From Paracoccaceae bacterium (GTDB taxonomy: Bacteria; Pseudomonadota; Alphaproteobacteria; Rhodobacterales; Rhodobacteraceae): a stretch of DNA of 64,000 nt. How positions within the stretch are numbered: the first letter of the stretch is position 1; the number at the start of each line of letters is the position of its first letter. A program made the position numbers and the translations under genes. Shown here one piece after another: positions 46,981 to 56,946 of the stretch. The notes beneath the pieces are model-generated. The model ran no database searches. It worked only from the letters and a program-made list of their open reading frames with translations, and was not told the DNA's origin. The stretch is taken from the NCBI GenBank assembly GCA_029862205.1, contig JAOTXT010000019.1:284-64283 (forward strand), given 5' to 3'.

Positions 46981-48426
46981 ATGCCGAGCAGCCTTATCGA
47001 CGATGCGCCAGAGGGCGTCAACACGCCGGAATTCACGGTCTCCGAGCTGTCTGGCGCGGTCAAGCGTATGGTCGAGGGCGAATTCGGCCATGTGCGGGTC
47101 CGTGGAGAGATCGGCCGTGTCTCGCGGCCCCGGTCGGGTCATATCTATCTGGATCTGAAGGACGACCGCGCGGTCCTGGCCGCCGTCGTCTGGAAGGGCG
47201 TCGGCGTGCGGCTGGACATCGAGCCCACCGAGGGCGACGAGGTGATCGCCGAGGGGCGGCTGACCACCTTCCCGGGTCAATCGAAATACCAGCTTGTGAT
47301 CGAACACTTGGCTTACGCGGGCGAAGGGGCGCTGTTGGCCAAGCTCGAGAGGTTGAGGAAAGCGCTCGCGGCGGAAGGCCTGTTCGACCAGGACCGCAAG
47401 CAGCCGATCCCCTATCTGCCCCGGGTGATCGGGGTCGTGACCTCGCCCTCGGGTGCGGTGATTCGCGATATTCTGCACCGGCTGGCCGAGCGGTTTCCGG
47501 TTCGGGTCCTCGTCTGGCCTGTTGCCGTGCAGGGCGAGAAATGCGTGCCCGAGGTGACCGCCGCAATCCGGGGATTCAATGCCCTTAAGGCCGACGGACC
47601 GATCCCGCGTCCGGACGTGATCATCGTGGCGCGCGGTGGCGGCTCGATCGAGGACCTTTGGGGCTTCAACGACGAGGCGGTTGTGCGTGCCGCGGCGGAA
47701 AGCCGGATCCCGCTGATCTCGGCGGTTGGGCACGAGACGGATACCACGCTGATCGACCACGCCGCCGACCGGCGGGCACCAACCCCGACAGCGGCGGCCG
47801 AGATGGCGGTGCCAGTGCGCGCCGACCTGCTGGCCACGCTGGCCGATCTGGGCGCGCGGCGCCTGCGTGCAATGAGCCGTGGACTGGGCGAGCGCAGACA
47901 GCGGCTGGGCGATCTTGCCCGCGCCCTGCCCCGTCCCGAGCAGATCCTGGCCGACCGGCGCCAGAGGCTGGATGTCGCGATCGCCCGGCTGCCGCGGTTG
48001 GAGCAGCTGATCCTCAACGCCCGGAACAATTTGGAGAAGCGTGCGCTGCGTCTGGGCCAATCCCTGCGCGAGCGCCTGCGCATCGAACAACGCAGGCTCA
48101 GCGACCGCACCGGCCGGTTCGGCCCCTGGCTCCTGACCGGCCGTATCCAGAAGAGCCGCGCCAGACTCGACGGGCTGGTCAGGCTCTTCGCCTCGCTGCA
48201 CTACGAGAGCACGCTGAAGCGCGGATACGCCGTCGTGCGCTCCGAAAGCGCAGTCCTGACCCGGGCGGCCCAGGTGCGCCCGGGCATGGGGCTGGAACTG
48301 GAATTCGCCGATGGGCGCGTCCGGGCCGAGGCCGGGGACGGCGGCGGGACGCCCGCATCCGACGAAAAGCCACGCAAGATAAAGCCGGCGAAGAAGAAGG
48401 ACGGCGGACAAGGCTCACTGTTCTGA
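46981..48426 (+). CDS. xseA: Exodeoxyribonuclease VII large subunit
   Basis: FTVSEL, SGHIYLDLKD, VVTSPSGAVIRDI, ARGGGSIEDL, ISAVGHETD, PTPTAAAE. Confidence 0.96.
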   Translation: MPSSLIDDAPEGVNTPEFTVSELSGAVKRMVEGEFGHVRVRGEIGRVSRPRSGHIYLDLKDDRAVLAAVVWKGVGVRLDIEPTEGDEVIAEGRLTTFPGQSKYQLVIEHLAYAGEGALLAKLERLRKALAAEGLFDQDRKQPIPYLPRVIGVVTSPSGAVIRDILHRLAERFPVRVLVWPVAVQGEKCVPEVTAAIRGFNALKADGPIPRPDVIIVARGGGSIEDLWGFNDEAVVRAAAESRIPLISAVGHETDTTLIDHAADRRAPTPTAAAEMAVPVRADLLATLADLGARRLRAMSRGLGERRQRLGDLARALPRPEQILADRRQRLDVAIARLPRLEQLILNARNNLEKRALRLGQSLRERLRIEQRRLSDRTGRFGPWLLTGRIQKSRARLDGLVRLFASLHYESTLKRGYAVVRSESAVLTRAAQVRPGMGLELEFADGRVRAEAGDGGGTPASDEKPRKIKPAKKKDGGQGSLF

Positions 48427-48448
48427 GTTGACCAAGAGGGAGGAGATC

Positions 48449-48739
48449 ATGGCCAAGGGCTATTGGATCGCGCATGTGCATGTGACCGATCCGGACGAAT
48501 ACAAGAAATACGTCTCCGGCGCGCGCGAGGCCTTCGAGGCCCATGGGGCGAGGTTCCTGGCCCGAGGGGGCGAGAACATCGAGCTGGAAGGCGCCATGGG
48601 GCGCGAGCGCCATGTGGTGATCGAGTTCCCCAGCTATCAGGCTGCGCTCGACTGCTACAACAGCGACGGCTACCAGGCCGCGCGCGCCTTCCGCACCGGG
48701 GCGGGCGTTGCCACCGTCGTAGTTGTCGAGGGGGCCTGA
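48449..48739 (+). CDS. DUF1330 family protein
   Basis: MAKGYWIA, GARFLARGG, VVIEFPS, Y.S..YQAA. Confidence 0.88.
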   Translation: MAKGYWIAHVHVTDPDEYKKYVSGAREAFEAHGARFLARGGENIELEGAMGRERHVVIEFPSYQAALDCYNSDGYQAARAFRTGAGVATVVVVEGA

Positions 48740-48742
48740 GCC

Positions 48743-49090
48743 ATGGAGGTCACCATCTACCATAACCCGAAATGCGGCACCTCGCGCACGGTCTTGAGCA
48801 TGTTGCGTGAGCGCGGGATCGAGCCGCAGGTCATCGAGTATTTGAACGCGCCACCGAACCGCTCGGATCTGAAGGCCCTGCTCGCCAAGATGAGGATTGG
48901 CCCGCGCGACTTGTTGCGCCGTCGCGGCACGCCCTATGACGAGCTGGGGCTTGATGACCCCAAGCTCAGCGATACGGTCTTGATCGGCCACATGGCCGAG
49001 CATCCGATCCTGATGGAGCGGCCGGTGGTCGTCACCCGCAAAGGGGCCAAGATCTGCCGCCCGGCCGAGGTGGTGAACACGCTACTCTAG
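48743..49090 (+). CDS. arsC: ArsC-family arsenate reductase (glutaredoxin type)
   Basis: IYHNPKCGTSR, HPILMERP. Confidence 0.9.
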   Translation: MEVTIYHNPKCGTSRTVLSMLRERGIEPQVIEYLNAPPNRSDLKALLAKMRIGPRDLLRRRGTPYDELGLDDPKLSDTVLIGHMAEHPILMERPVVVTRKGAKICRPAEVVNTLL

Positions 49091-49099
49091 CGCACAGCT

Positions 49100-50401
49100 T
49101 CAGCCGGCGCTGCCTTGGGGCATCTGCTTCAGGCGCAGCTTGGTGATCTGGTGACGGTTGCGCTCGAGCACCTCGAAGCGGACGCCGTGGAAGACGAAGA
49201 CCTGACCCTCGATCGGGATCATCTGGGCTTCGTGGATCATCAGGCCAGCCACGGTCGTCGCCTCCTCGTCCGGCAGATGCCACTCGCAGAACCGGTTTAG
49301 ATCGCGGATCGTCATGGTGCCGGGCACCACGACCGAGCCATCGGTCTCGCGCGCGACCTCTTCCTCGTCGACGTCATGTTCGTCGGTGATCTCGCCGACG
49401 ATCTCCTCGAGGATGTCTTCCAGCGTCAGCAGCCCCTGCAGCGTGCCATATTCGTCGACCACCAGGGCATAGTGCTGGCGCCGTGTCAGGAAGGCATGCA
49501 GCTGGTCGTCGAGCGACCTTGTATCGGGCACGAACCAGGGCGCCATGGCGACCGACATTACGTCCAGGTCGCCAGCACCATTGCCGCGCCTTGATTTGGG
49601 GCGGCTGCGATTGTGCTCGGCCCGCAGCAGGTCCTTGGCGTGCAGCACGCCGACGATGTTCTCGGGCTCGCCCTGCCAAAGCGCGACGCGCGTGTAGGGC
49701 GAGGCAAGGCAGAACTCGATGATCTCGTCCGAAGGTGCGTCCGCCGGGATCGCCGCGATGTCACGGCGGTGGGTCATCACCTCGGCGACCTCACGGTCCT
49801 TCAGGTCCAGCGAGGCGAGCAGTCGGTCGCGGGCATCCTTGTCCACCCCGCCCTCGGAGTGGTGCATCACAATCGTGCCCTTGATCTGCTCGACCGGCGC
49901 CAGCACATGGGCGTCCGGATCGACCTTGACCCCCACTGCCGCCAATGAGACGCGGACCAGGAACCGCACGCCCGTGACCAGCGGCGCAAAGACTTTGACC
50001 GCCCACTGAATCAGCGGCGCGACCCGGACGGCCGCACGTTCGGGGAAGGTGATCGCATAGGTCTTCGGCGCAACCTCGGCGAAGACCAGGACCAGGAACG
50101 TCATCACCAGGGTCGCGTAGACCACCCCCTCCTCGCCGAAGGCCCGCGTGAACAGCGCCGTTGCCAGACTGGCCGCCAGGATGTTGACCAAATTGTTGCC
50201 GAGCAGGATCGAGCCGATCAGGCGCTCGTTGTCCTCGGTGAGCTTCAGCGCGATCTTGGCACCATTCGAGCCCTTCGCCGAAAGCTGGTGCATCGAGCCG
50301 CGGCTGACCGCGGTCAAAGCGGTCTCGCTGCCGGAAAAGAAGGCGGACAGGCCGATCAATCCGAGGATCGCGCCGGAAATCCACAATGTAGAGGGGTCCA
50401 T
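49100..50401 (-). CDS. HlyC/CorC (CNNM-CBS-CorC) transporter-associated protein
   Basis: SAFFSGSETAL, GNNLVNI, AEVAPKT, VVDEYG...GLLTLEDILEEIVGEI.DEHD. Confidence 0.93.
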   Translation of the reverse strand: MDPSTLWISGAILGLIGLSAFFSGSETALTAVSRGSMHQLSAKGSNGAKIALKLTEDNERLIGSILLGNNLVNILAASLATALFTRAFGEEGVVYATLVMTFLVLVFAEVAPKTYAITFPERAAVRVAPLIQWAVKVFAPLVTGVRFLVRVSLAAVGVKVDPDAHVLAPVEQIKGTIVMHHSEGGVDKDARDRLLASLDLKDREVAEVMTHRRDIAAIPADAPSDEIIEFCLASPYTRVALWQGEPENIVGVLHAKDLLRAEHNRSRPKSRRGNGAGDLDVMSVAMAPWFVPDTRSLDDQLHAFLTRRQHYALVVDEYGTLQGLLTLEDILEEIVGEITDEHDVDEEEVARETDGSVVVPGTMTIRDLNRFCEWHLPDEEATTVAGLMIHEAQMIPIEGQVFVFHGVRFEVLERNRHQITKLRLKQMPQGSAG

Positions 50402-50470
50402 CGGTGTTCCCTGGGGGTTTAAAGGCGATTGAGGAAATTATGGGGTGTGCCCGGGTCCGGTGCAAGCGGG

Positions 50471-51388
50471 TCAGGCATTTGCCAGCGGATGCTTCTCCAG
50501 CACCAGGGCCTTCAGGCGGGCATCCAGCACATGGGTGTAAATCTCGGTGGTCGAGACATCTGCATGGCCCAAAAGCTGCTGGATCGCCCGCAAATCAGCG
50601 CCATTGGCCAAGAGATGGGTGGCGAAAGCGTGGCGGAGCGTATGGGGCGAGATACGTGCCGGATCGAGTCCCGCCGCCGCCGCGAGCGTCTTGATCGCGT
50701 TATAGAAGGCGATCCGGGTCAGGTGACCCGATTTGCCACGCGAGGGGAACAGCCAGGGCGAAGGCCGCCGGCCGCCACGTTGACCCTCGCCCTCGGCCTT
50801 GTCGCGCTGCTTCAGCCAGCCCGCCACGGCCGATCGCGCGGCATCCGACAGGGGCACCATGCGCTCGCGCCCGCCCTTTCCGGTCACCATAATCATGCGG
50901 GGATTGCCGCGCGCCGCCGCGGCCGGCAGGGTGACCAGCTCGCTGACCCGGAGACCGGTGGCATAGAGCAATTCCATCAGGCAAAGCATCCGCGCGCGCG
51001 CCGCGTCACCGCCGGGGCGCCGCCGCGCCGCGGCCAAAAGCCGATCCACCTCCACGACACTGAGCGTGCCCGGCAGCTTGCGCGCGGGCCTGGGCCCCGC
51101 GATCCGCGCCGCCGGATCGTCCTCGCGCAAACCCTCGGACAAAGCGAAACGGTAGAACTGCCGGATCGCCGAGAGCCGCCGCGCCCGCGTCGCCGGAGAG
51201 AGACCCTGGGCCTCGGCCGTGGCCAGATAGGCCTCGATCTCGGCGCGCCCGGCGCTTTCAGGCGCGGTACCACACGCCGCAAGGCAACGGGTGAAATCCT
51301 CGAGGTCCCGTCGATACGCGGCAAGTGTGTTCGACGCCGCCCCGCGCTCGGCGCCCATTGCCTCGAGGAAGGGCGCGATCCAGTTCAT
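50471..51388 (-). CDS. xerD: Tyrosine recombinase XerD
   Basis: ELLYATGLRVSELV, GKGGRER, SPHTLRHAFATHLL, LLGHADVSTTEIYTHV; start set at MNWIAPF. Confidence 0.92.
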   Translation of the reverse strand: MNWIAPFLEAMGAERGAASNTLAAYRRDLEDFTRCLAACGTAPESAGRAEIEAYLATAEAQGLSPATRARRLSAIRQFYRFALSEGLREDDPAARIAGPRPARKLPGTLSVVEVDRLLAAARRRPGGDAARARMLCLMELLYATGLRVSELVTLPAAAARGNPRMIMVTGKGGRERMVPLSDAARSAVAGWLKQRDKAEGEGQRGGRRPSPWLFPSRGKSGHLTRIAFYNAIKTLAAAAGLDPARISPHTLRHAFATHLLANGADLRAIQQLLGHADVSTTEIYTHVLDARLKALVLEKHPLANA

Positions 51389-51401
51389 CCAGGCCCCAAG
51401 G

Positions 51402-51539
51402 TCACTGCCCCTGAGGTAAGGGAACAGGAACCGTACGCTCGACCACCGGCGGCGGGAGATCCCACAACATCGCATAGGCCACGAAGGCGATCGCCAGAAG
51501 GAAGAGAAGCCGGAACAGGTATTTGAAGATCCTGCGCAT
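51402..51539 (-). CDS. Small single-TM protein (45 aa) upstream of xerD
   Basis: Below the ORF-track size. Manual translation MRRIFKYLFRLLFLLAIAFVAYAMLWDLPPPVVERTVPVPLPQGQ. Confidence 0.65.
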   Translation of the reverse strand: MRRIFKYLFRLLFLLAIAFVAYAMLWDLPPPVVERTVPVPLPQGQ

Positions 51540-51682
51540 GGGCTATCCGTGCTTACCTGTCTTTTCTGCCACGGCACCGTAGTCTAAAAGCGCGCATCAG
51601 TGCGGCACCGCGATTTTCTGCTCTAGTGCATGGTATCCGCGCTCAGATGCGAGAGCAATGGCCGCCGGAGGAGAGAGGCCCG

Positions 51683-52276
51683 ATGTCCGAGGCAAGCGCC
51701 GAGCCAAAGACGAAGCCGTCCCTTCGGCTGGTGCGCCCGGTGGTGCTGATCGGGCTTATGGGCGCGGGCAAGAGCTCGGTCGGCGTCAGGCTCGCGGATG
51801 CGTTGGGGGCACCTTTCAAGGATTCCGATGCCGAGATCGAGCGAGCCGCCAACCTGACCGTGCCTGAAATCTTCGGGCGTTACGGCGAGTCGGATTTCCG
51901 TGACGGGGAACGCAAGGTGATCGCCCGGCTGCTTTCGGGCGCTCCCTTGGTGCTCGCCACCGGCGGCGGCGCCTTCATGAATGCCGAAACCCGGGCGGTG
52001 ATCGCCGAACGGGCGGTCTCGGTCTGGCTGAAAGCTGATTTGGACGTTTTGGTGAGCCGCACCGCGGGCCGGAACCACCGGCCGCTGTTAAACAATGGCG
52101 ATCCGCGCAAGATCCTCGGCCAGCTAATTGACGAGCGGTATCCGGTTTACGGCCGGGCGGATATCCGCGTGACAAGCCGCCAGGGCCAAAGCCATGATCA
52201 CATGGCGAAAAGGATCGTCGCGGCGCTAAAAAAACATGCGGCCAAGACCGGTCGAGGGGCGGTGGAATGGACATGA
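51683..52276 (+). CDS. aroK: Shikimate kinase
   Basis: IGLMGAGKSSVG, DSDAEIE, FRDGE, ATGGGA, RPLL. Confidence 0.95.
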   Translation: MSEASAEPKTKPSLRLVRPVVLIGLMGAGKSSVGVRLADALGAPFKDSDAEIERAANLTVPEIFGRYGESDFRDGERKVIARLLSGAPLVLATGGGAFMNAETRAVIAERAVSVWLKADLDVLVSRTAGRNHRPLLNNGDPRKILGQLIDERYPVYGRADIRVTSRQGQSHDHMAKRIVAALKKHAAKTGRGAVEWT

Positions 52277-53391
52277 ACCCAGCCGAAACTGTCCCGGTCG
52301 ACCTGGCAGGACGGGCCTACGACATCCATATCGGACCGGGGCTTCTGGCGCGTGCCGGCGCGCTGGTCGGGCCCCTGCTGGCGCGCCCCCGGACCGCGAT
52401 CGTAACCGACGAGACTGTCGCCCAGCTGCACATGGAAGCCCTGACCGCTGGATTGTCGGCTGAGGGGGTCGAGGCCGAGGCGATCGTCCTGCCGCCCGGC
52501 GAAGCGACCAAATCGATGGCCAAGCTCACCGAGGTCGTGGAATGGCTGTTGGACCAGAAGATCGAGCGCGATGATTTGATCATCGCATTCGGCGGCGGGG
52601 TGATCGGGGACTTGGCTGGCTTCGCCGCCGCTGTGCTGCGGCGCGGCATTGGGTTCGTCCAGGTGCCCACCACGCTTCTGGCCCAGGTTGATAGCTCGGT
52701 CGGCGGCAAGACCGGGGTAAACGCGCCCCAGGGCAAGAACCTGATCGGCGCTTTCCACCAGCCACGCCTGGTCCTGGCGGATACGGACGTCCTGGCCACC
52801 CTGCCCCAGCGTGATTTCTTGGCCGGCTACGGCGAGGTCGCGAAATACGGTTTGCTGGGGGACGCAGAGTTCTTCGCCTGGCTCGAGCAGAACGGCCCCG
52901 CAATGCTGGCCGGCGACGCGGCGGCGCGGATCAGGGCTGTCCGGCGGTCCTGCGAAATGAAGGCCGAGATTGTCGCCCGCGACGAATACGAGCGCGGCGA
53001 TCGGGCGCTTTTGAATCTGGGACACACGTTCGGCCACGCGCTTGAAGCGGCGACCGGCTATTCGGACCGATTGCTGCATGGCGAGGGGGTTGCCATCGGC
53101 ATCGCGCTCGCATTCGAGATCTCGGCACGGATGGGCTTTTGCGCCCAGGAATGCCCCAGCCGGGTCCGGGCCCATCTAGCGGCGATGGGAATGAAGAAAG
53201 ACCTGGCCGATATCCCAGGTGAGCTGCCCGGGATCGAGGGTTTATTGGAGCTCATGGCTCAGGACAAGAAGGTGCGCCAGGGCCGGCTGACCTTTATCCT
53301 CGCGCGCGGAATCGGAGAGGCTTTCGTGACCCGCGAGGCAGATCTGGGCGCCGTCCGCCAGGTCCTGGGCGACGCCCTTTCGGCGCGGTAG
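52267..53391 (+). CDS. aroB: 3-dehydroquinate synthase
   Basis: GEATKS, FGGGVIGDLAG, PTTLLAQVDSSVGGKTG, LNLGHTFGHALE, LHGEGV, DKK. Confidence 0.97.
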   Translation: MDMNPAETVPVDLAGRAYDIHIGPGLLARAGALVGPLLARPRTAIVTDETVAQLHMEALTAGLSAEGVEAEAIVLPPGEATKSMAKLTEVVEWLLDQKIERDDLIIAFGGGVIGDLAGFAAAVLRRGIGFVQVPTTLLAQVDSSVGGKTGVNAPQGKNLIGAFHQPRLVLADTDVLATLPQRDFLAGYGEVAKYGLLGDAEFFAWLEQNGPAMLAGDAAARIRAVRRSCEMKAEIVARDEYERGDRALLNLGHTFGHALEAATGYSDRLLHGEGVAIGIALAFEISARMGFCAQECPSRVRAHLAAMGMKKDLADIPGELPGIEGLLELMAQDKKVRQGRLTFILARGIGEAFVTREADLGAVRQVLGDALSAR

Positions 53392-53507
53392 ACCAGCCTC
53401 GGCGCCAGCCCGCAGCGTTCCGGATTCGTTCGTCGCCGGACTCACCTTGGAAGCGAAAAAATCGTCCTTTTCTCGAACGCTATACCCCACTTTCGAAACC
53501 TTCAGTC

Positions 53508-53523
53508 TTAATCCACGACTAAG
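53508..53523 (+). promoter_or_regulatory. CtrA-like box upstream of the pilin gene
   Basis: TTAA-TCCACGA-CTAAG in an AT-rich intergenic region about 185 bp upstream of the flp start. Confidence 0.4.
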
Positions 53524-53705
53524 ATTATCAAGAATACTAGAAAAATTTCAGTGGCTGTCGTGTCAAATTCAAAGTCTTGCCGCATTCCAGGCATGATCCA
53601 GACGCATTTCGAGCCGAGTGTCAGGCAATCAACGTCAGGTTGTGCCGATCGACCTGACTTGTAACCCGGCACCGGGGGTGCGTCAGTCGCGTATAGGAGG
53701 ACACC

Positions 53706-53927
53706 ATGGGTGTTTTACGGCATATCTCGACCTTTCTTGACGATACCGACGGCGCAATCACCGTCGATTGGGTCGCGCTTACGGCCGGTGTGCTTTTGGT
53801 CGGGATCATGGTGGTCTATGCCATCGCCAATAATGGCGTCAGTGACCTCGTGAGCGGAGTCAACTCCACGCTCGATGGTCAGAACTTCGCCGCAGATATT
53901 GGCACTGCCGAGCAGATAAATCAGTGA
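53706..53927 (+). CDS. Flp/Tad type IVc pilin-like protein
   Basis: FLDDTDGAITVDWVALTAGVLLVGIMVVYAI resembles a prepilin G-A cleavage site followed by a hydrophobic helix; GGAGG RBS. Confidence 0.8.
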   Translation: MGVLRHISTFLDDTDGAITVDWVALTAGVLLVGIMVVYAIANNGVSDLVSGVNSTLDGQNFAADIGTAEQINQ

Positions 53928-53941
53928 TTTCTCATCGGTAA

Positions 53942-53964
53942 GGCCGGGCCCCCTGGGCCCGGCC
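53942..53964. terminator. Hairpin between the convergent flp and oxidoreductase genes
   Basis: ggccgggccc-cct-gggcccggcc (10-bp stem). Confidence 0.55.
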
Positions 53965-53984
53965 GCGTCCATTTCCCGATTGCG

Positions 53985-54944
53985 TCAGAGTGTGATCACG
54001 ACCTTCCCGGTCGCCTGACGATCCTCCAATAGCGCCAAAGCCTCGTTCGCCCGTTCCAAGGGCAGTTCGTGGGAAATGTGGGGCCGGATCCGGCCTTGCA
54101 CGAACCACTCGGTCAGGGTGTGGAAGCTCTCGGCCAGAACCTCGGGCTTGAACCGGGCATAGGCCCCCCAATAAAGGCCGATCACCGTCAGGTTTTTGAC
54201 CAGCAGGATATTGGCCGGGATTTGCGGGACGTCGCCGCTGGCAAAGCCGATCGGGATCAGTCGTGCCTCCGGATTGGCGGCGCGCAGAGCCGCCTTCCAT
54301 TGATCGCCGCCGACCGGGTCGTAGACCACGTCGGCTCCACCCAAGGCTTTGACCTCCTCGCGGATGTCCTGGGTTTCACTGTCGATCAGGTGATCGGCGC
54401 CCATCGCCTTGGCCTGGACCAACCGTTCGCGCCCGCGGGCGACGGCAATCACCTCGGCCCCCATCAGTTTGCCGATCTCAACCGCGGTCAAGCCAACCCC
54501 GCCCGCGGCACCCAGGACCAGAAGCCGCTCGCCGGTCCGGAGCCGCGCCTTGTAGTCCAGCGCCACATGGCTGGTGCCGTAGGCGACCTGGAACGCCGCT
54601 GCTTGCGTGTCGCTCATGGCGTCCGGCACCGGCGCGCACGAGGCCGCGGGCGCCAGCGTGTAGTCGGCAAAGCCGCCCGCGCCGCAATTGGCCGCGACCC
54701 GGGTTCCGGGTTCGGGACCATCGGCCCCCTCGCCCAGCGCCTCGATGGTGCCGCAGACCTCCATGCCTGGCGCGAAGGGCAGGTGCGGCTTTTCCTGGTA
54801 GCGGCCCTTGACGATCAAGGTGTCCGCGAAATTCACCCCGCAAGCGTGGACCCGGATCAGCGCCTGACCGGGGCCGGGCTCCGGCCGCTCGACCTCGTCC
54901 AAAACCAGGGGCTCGCCCAGTTCGTGTACCCGCATCGCCCGCAT
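53985..54944 (-). CDS. NADPH:quinone oxidoreductase (MDR family, Zn-independent)
   Basis: GVNFAD, PG.EVCG, LGAAGGVGL, DPVGG, IGFASG, GKVVI. Confidence 0.92.
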   Translation of the reverse strand: MRAMRVHELGEPLVLDEVERPEPGPGQALIRVHACGVNFADTLIVKGRYQEKPHLPFAPGMEVCGTIEALGEGADGPEPGTRVAANCGAGGFADYTLAPAASCAPVPDAMSDTQAAAFQVAYGTSHVALDYKARLRTGERLLVLGAAGGVGLTAVEIGKLMGAEVIAVARGRERLVQAKAMGADHLIDSETQDIREEVKALGGADVVYDPVGGDQWKAALRAANPEARLIPIGFASGDVPQIPANILLVKNLTVIGLYWGAYARFKPEVLAESFHTLTEWFVQGRIRPHISHELPLERANEALALLEDRQATGKVVITL

Positions 54945-55027
54945 CACCGCCCTCCTCGCTGGTATCGGCAGCCTTGCCGACATCGCCTCCTGCTATAGCT
55001 TTGCCTGCAAGGCAAGCGGGGAGTGGG

Positions 55028-56074
55028 ATGGCGGACTGGCAAGAAATAGCGGTGGCTTTCGAGCAGCAAGCGGTGGCGTGCGACCGGTTGGGCTCGCCCT
55101 TCACCGCTTATCTTTGCACGTGCCTGCCGTCCCTTCTCGCAGACGATCCGGTTCTAGGCGCGGCGCTGGCGGCCTGGCCGGCTGATCCGGTGGAGTCCGC
55201 GCTGGCGCTGCGGCTCTGCGGCGCGCTCCATCGGCTGGTTCGCTCGGGCCGAGTGCCCGATCTCGCGGCGCTCTACCCTCCTGCGGCGAGTACCGGGCCT
55301 GCGCTCGACCGGGCGCTGGCGGCGTCGGCCGAAACCCATGGCGCCCTGCTGGTCGAGTGGCTGGCCAGCGCGCCGCAGACCAACGAGGTGGCGCGCTCGG
55401 GCGTGCTGCTGGGCGGGCTGCTGACAATCGCTGCGAAAACCGGGTTGCCGCTGACGCTGCTGGAGATCGGGTCGAGCGCCGGGTTGAACCTTTATCCGGA
55501 TGCCTATGCCTACGATCTGGCGCATGGGCGGACCTGGGGCCGTGCCGACGCAGAGGTCAGGATCGCGAGCGACTGGCGCGGGAGCCTGCCGCCGTTGGAT
55601 GCATCTTTGCAGATCGTAGCGCGCGCGGGCGTAGACCTGGCGACGGTCAATGCGGCTGACCGGGATCAGCGCGAGCGGATGCTGGCCTATATCTGGCCGG
55701 ACCAGCCCGAACGGCTGGCCCGCGCCGCCGCCGCGCTGGATCATGTGGCGGCCCATCCGCCGGACCTGGCGCGCGGCGACGCGGCCGAGTGGCTGGAGGC
55801 GCGGTTGGCCGAGCCGGCTGAGGCGGGCACCACCCGGGTGCTGATCCATTCGATCATGTGGCAGTATCTGCCAGCAAGGACTCAAGCGCGGATCGAGGCG
55901 GCGATGGACAGGGCGGGCGCCGCCGCCACGGGCGAGGCGCCGCTCGCTTGGCTTCGGCTCGAGCCGGATGGGAAAGCGGGCTCGGCGGCGATTCCGTTGA
56001 CCCTCTGGCCAGGTGGCGGGACCCGGGAGCTCGGCCGGGGCGACTATCACGGCCGCTTCGCCGAATGGGTGTGA
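55028..56074 (+). CDS. DUF2332 family protein
   Basis: CDRLGSPF, QTNEVARS, LEIGSSAGLNL, AYIWPDQ.ER, HSIMWQYL, HG....W. Confidence 0.88.
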   Translation: MADWQEIAVAFEQQAVACDRLGSPFTAYLCTCLPSLLADDPVLGAALAAWPADPVESALALRLCGALHRLVRSGRVPDLAALYPPAASTGPALDRALAASAETHGALLVEWLASAPQTNEVARSGVLLGGLLTIAAKTGLPLTLLEIGSSAGLNLYPDAYAYDLAHGRTWGRADAEVRIASDWRGSLPPLDASLQIVARAGVDLATVNAADRDQRERMLAYIWPDQPERLARAAAALDHVAAHPPDLARGDAAEWLEARLAEPAEAGTTRVLIHSIMWQYLPARTQARIEAAMDRAGAAATGEAPLAWLRLEPDGKAGSAAIPLTLWPGGGTRELGRGDYHGRFAEWV

Positions 56075-56195
56075 GAGGGTGAGGCTCTCACATGTGAGAT
56101 TCTTTTTAAACTATTGATCCATAATATATTTATTCAGCGATTTACCGATCATTTACAAACGGCGCGCGGCGTTGCGCCAATCCGCGCAACGGGCT

Positions 56196-56270
56196 GTAGG
56201 GTGGGCTCGACTGAGCCCACCAGCTGCGGTGATTTGCTGAAATCGGTGGGCTCTCGCGAGCCCACCCTAC
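56196..56270. repeat. Inverted pair of GTAG-type REP sequences
   Basis: gtagggtgggctcgactgagcccacc (56196-56221) and ggtgggctctcgcgagcccaccctac (56245-56270). Confidence 0.85.
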
Positions 56271-56929
56271 CCGAGGTTTTCCGGCTCCGGGATACCCATC
56301 TGGTCGGCGAGGAGTTCGTCGTTGGCGAGGCGCGCCAGCGCCGCCTCTTCCTGGGCGATCTTGGCCTGGCACTCGGCGAGCAGATGGCCGGCCCGGGCCA
56401 GCGGAACAACCGCCACCCCGTCGTCGTCTCCGAGCACGATATCGCCGGGCACCACCGGGCAGCCACCGCACGAGATCACGCCGTCTATCGTGCCGCCGAA
56501 ACCCTTGTGCGGACCGGCTGGCGTCACCCCGGCGGCGAAGCAGGCAAAACCCATTTCGCGGATCTCGGCTACGTCGCGGACCGCCCCATCGGTGATCAGC
56601 CCGGCCACGCCGCGCGCTTGCGCAGACTGCGCCAGCAGTCCGCCGAAGAGCGCCACGCCCGTGTGACCGCCGGCGGCCACCACCAGAACCTCGCCCGCAC
56701 GAATGAGGCGCATCGCCGCGTGGATCGCCATGTTGTCGCCAGCCATGCAGGCGATGGTGCGGGCCTGGCCCGCGAGCCTGGTACCCGTCGCCAACGGTTT
56801 GACCTGCGCCCCCATGGCCTGGGCACGGTTCATGCAATCGGAGGCGATGGCGGGCGGGATCGCCCGCCACGCGTCCAGGGTTTCGGATGGGAGCGCGGCA
56901 AATTCGGCGTCGTGGCGGTAGAGCGGCAT
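56267..56929 (-). CDS. RraA/HMG-CHA aldolase family protein
   Basis: GDNMAIH, ALFGGLL, TDGAVRD, PGDIVLGDDDGV. Confidence 0.9.
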   Translation of the reverse strand: MPLYRHDAEFAALPSETLDAWRAIPPAIASDCMNRAQAMGAQVKPLATGTRLAGQARTIACMAGDNMAIHAAMRLIRAGEVLVVAAGGHTGVALFGGLLAQSAQARGVAGLITDGAVRDVAEIREMGFACFAAGVTPAGPHKGFGGTIDGVISCGGCPVVPGDIVLGDDDGVAVVPLARAGHLLAECQAKIAQEEAALARLANDELLADQMGIPEPENLG

Positions 56930-56946
56930 GGATTGGAACTCCGGAA

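Noticed and set aside
50471-51388. Tyrosine recombinase as a sign of a mobile element
   Set aside because: XerD-like sequence in the housekeeping aroB-aroK-xerD-corC context, with no att sites or cargo.
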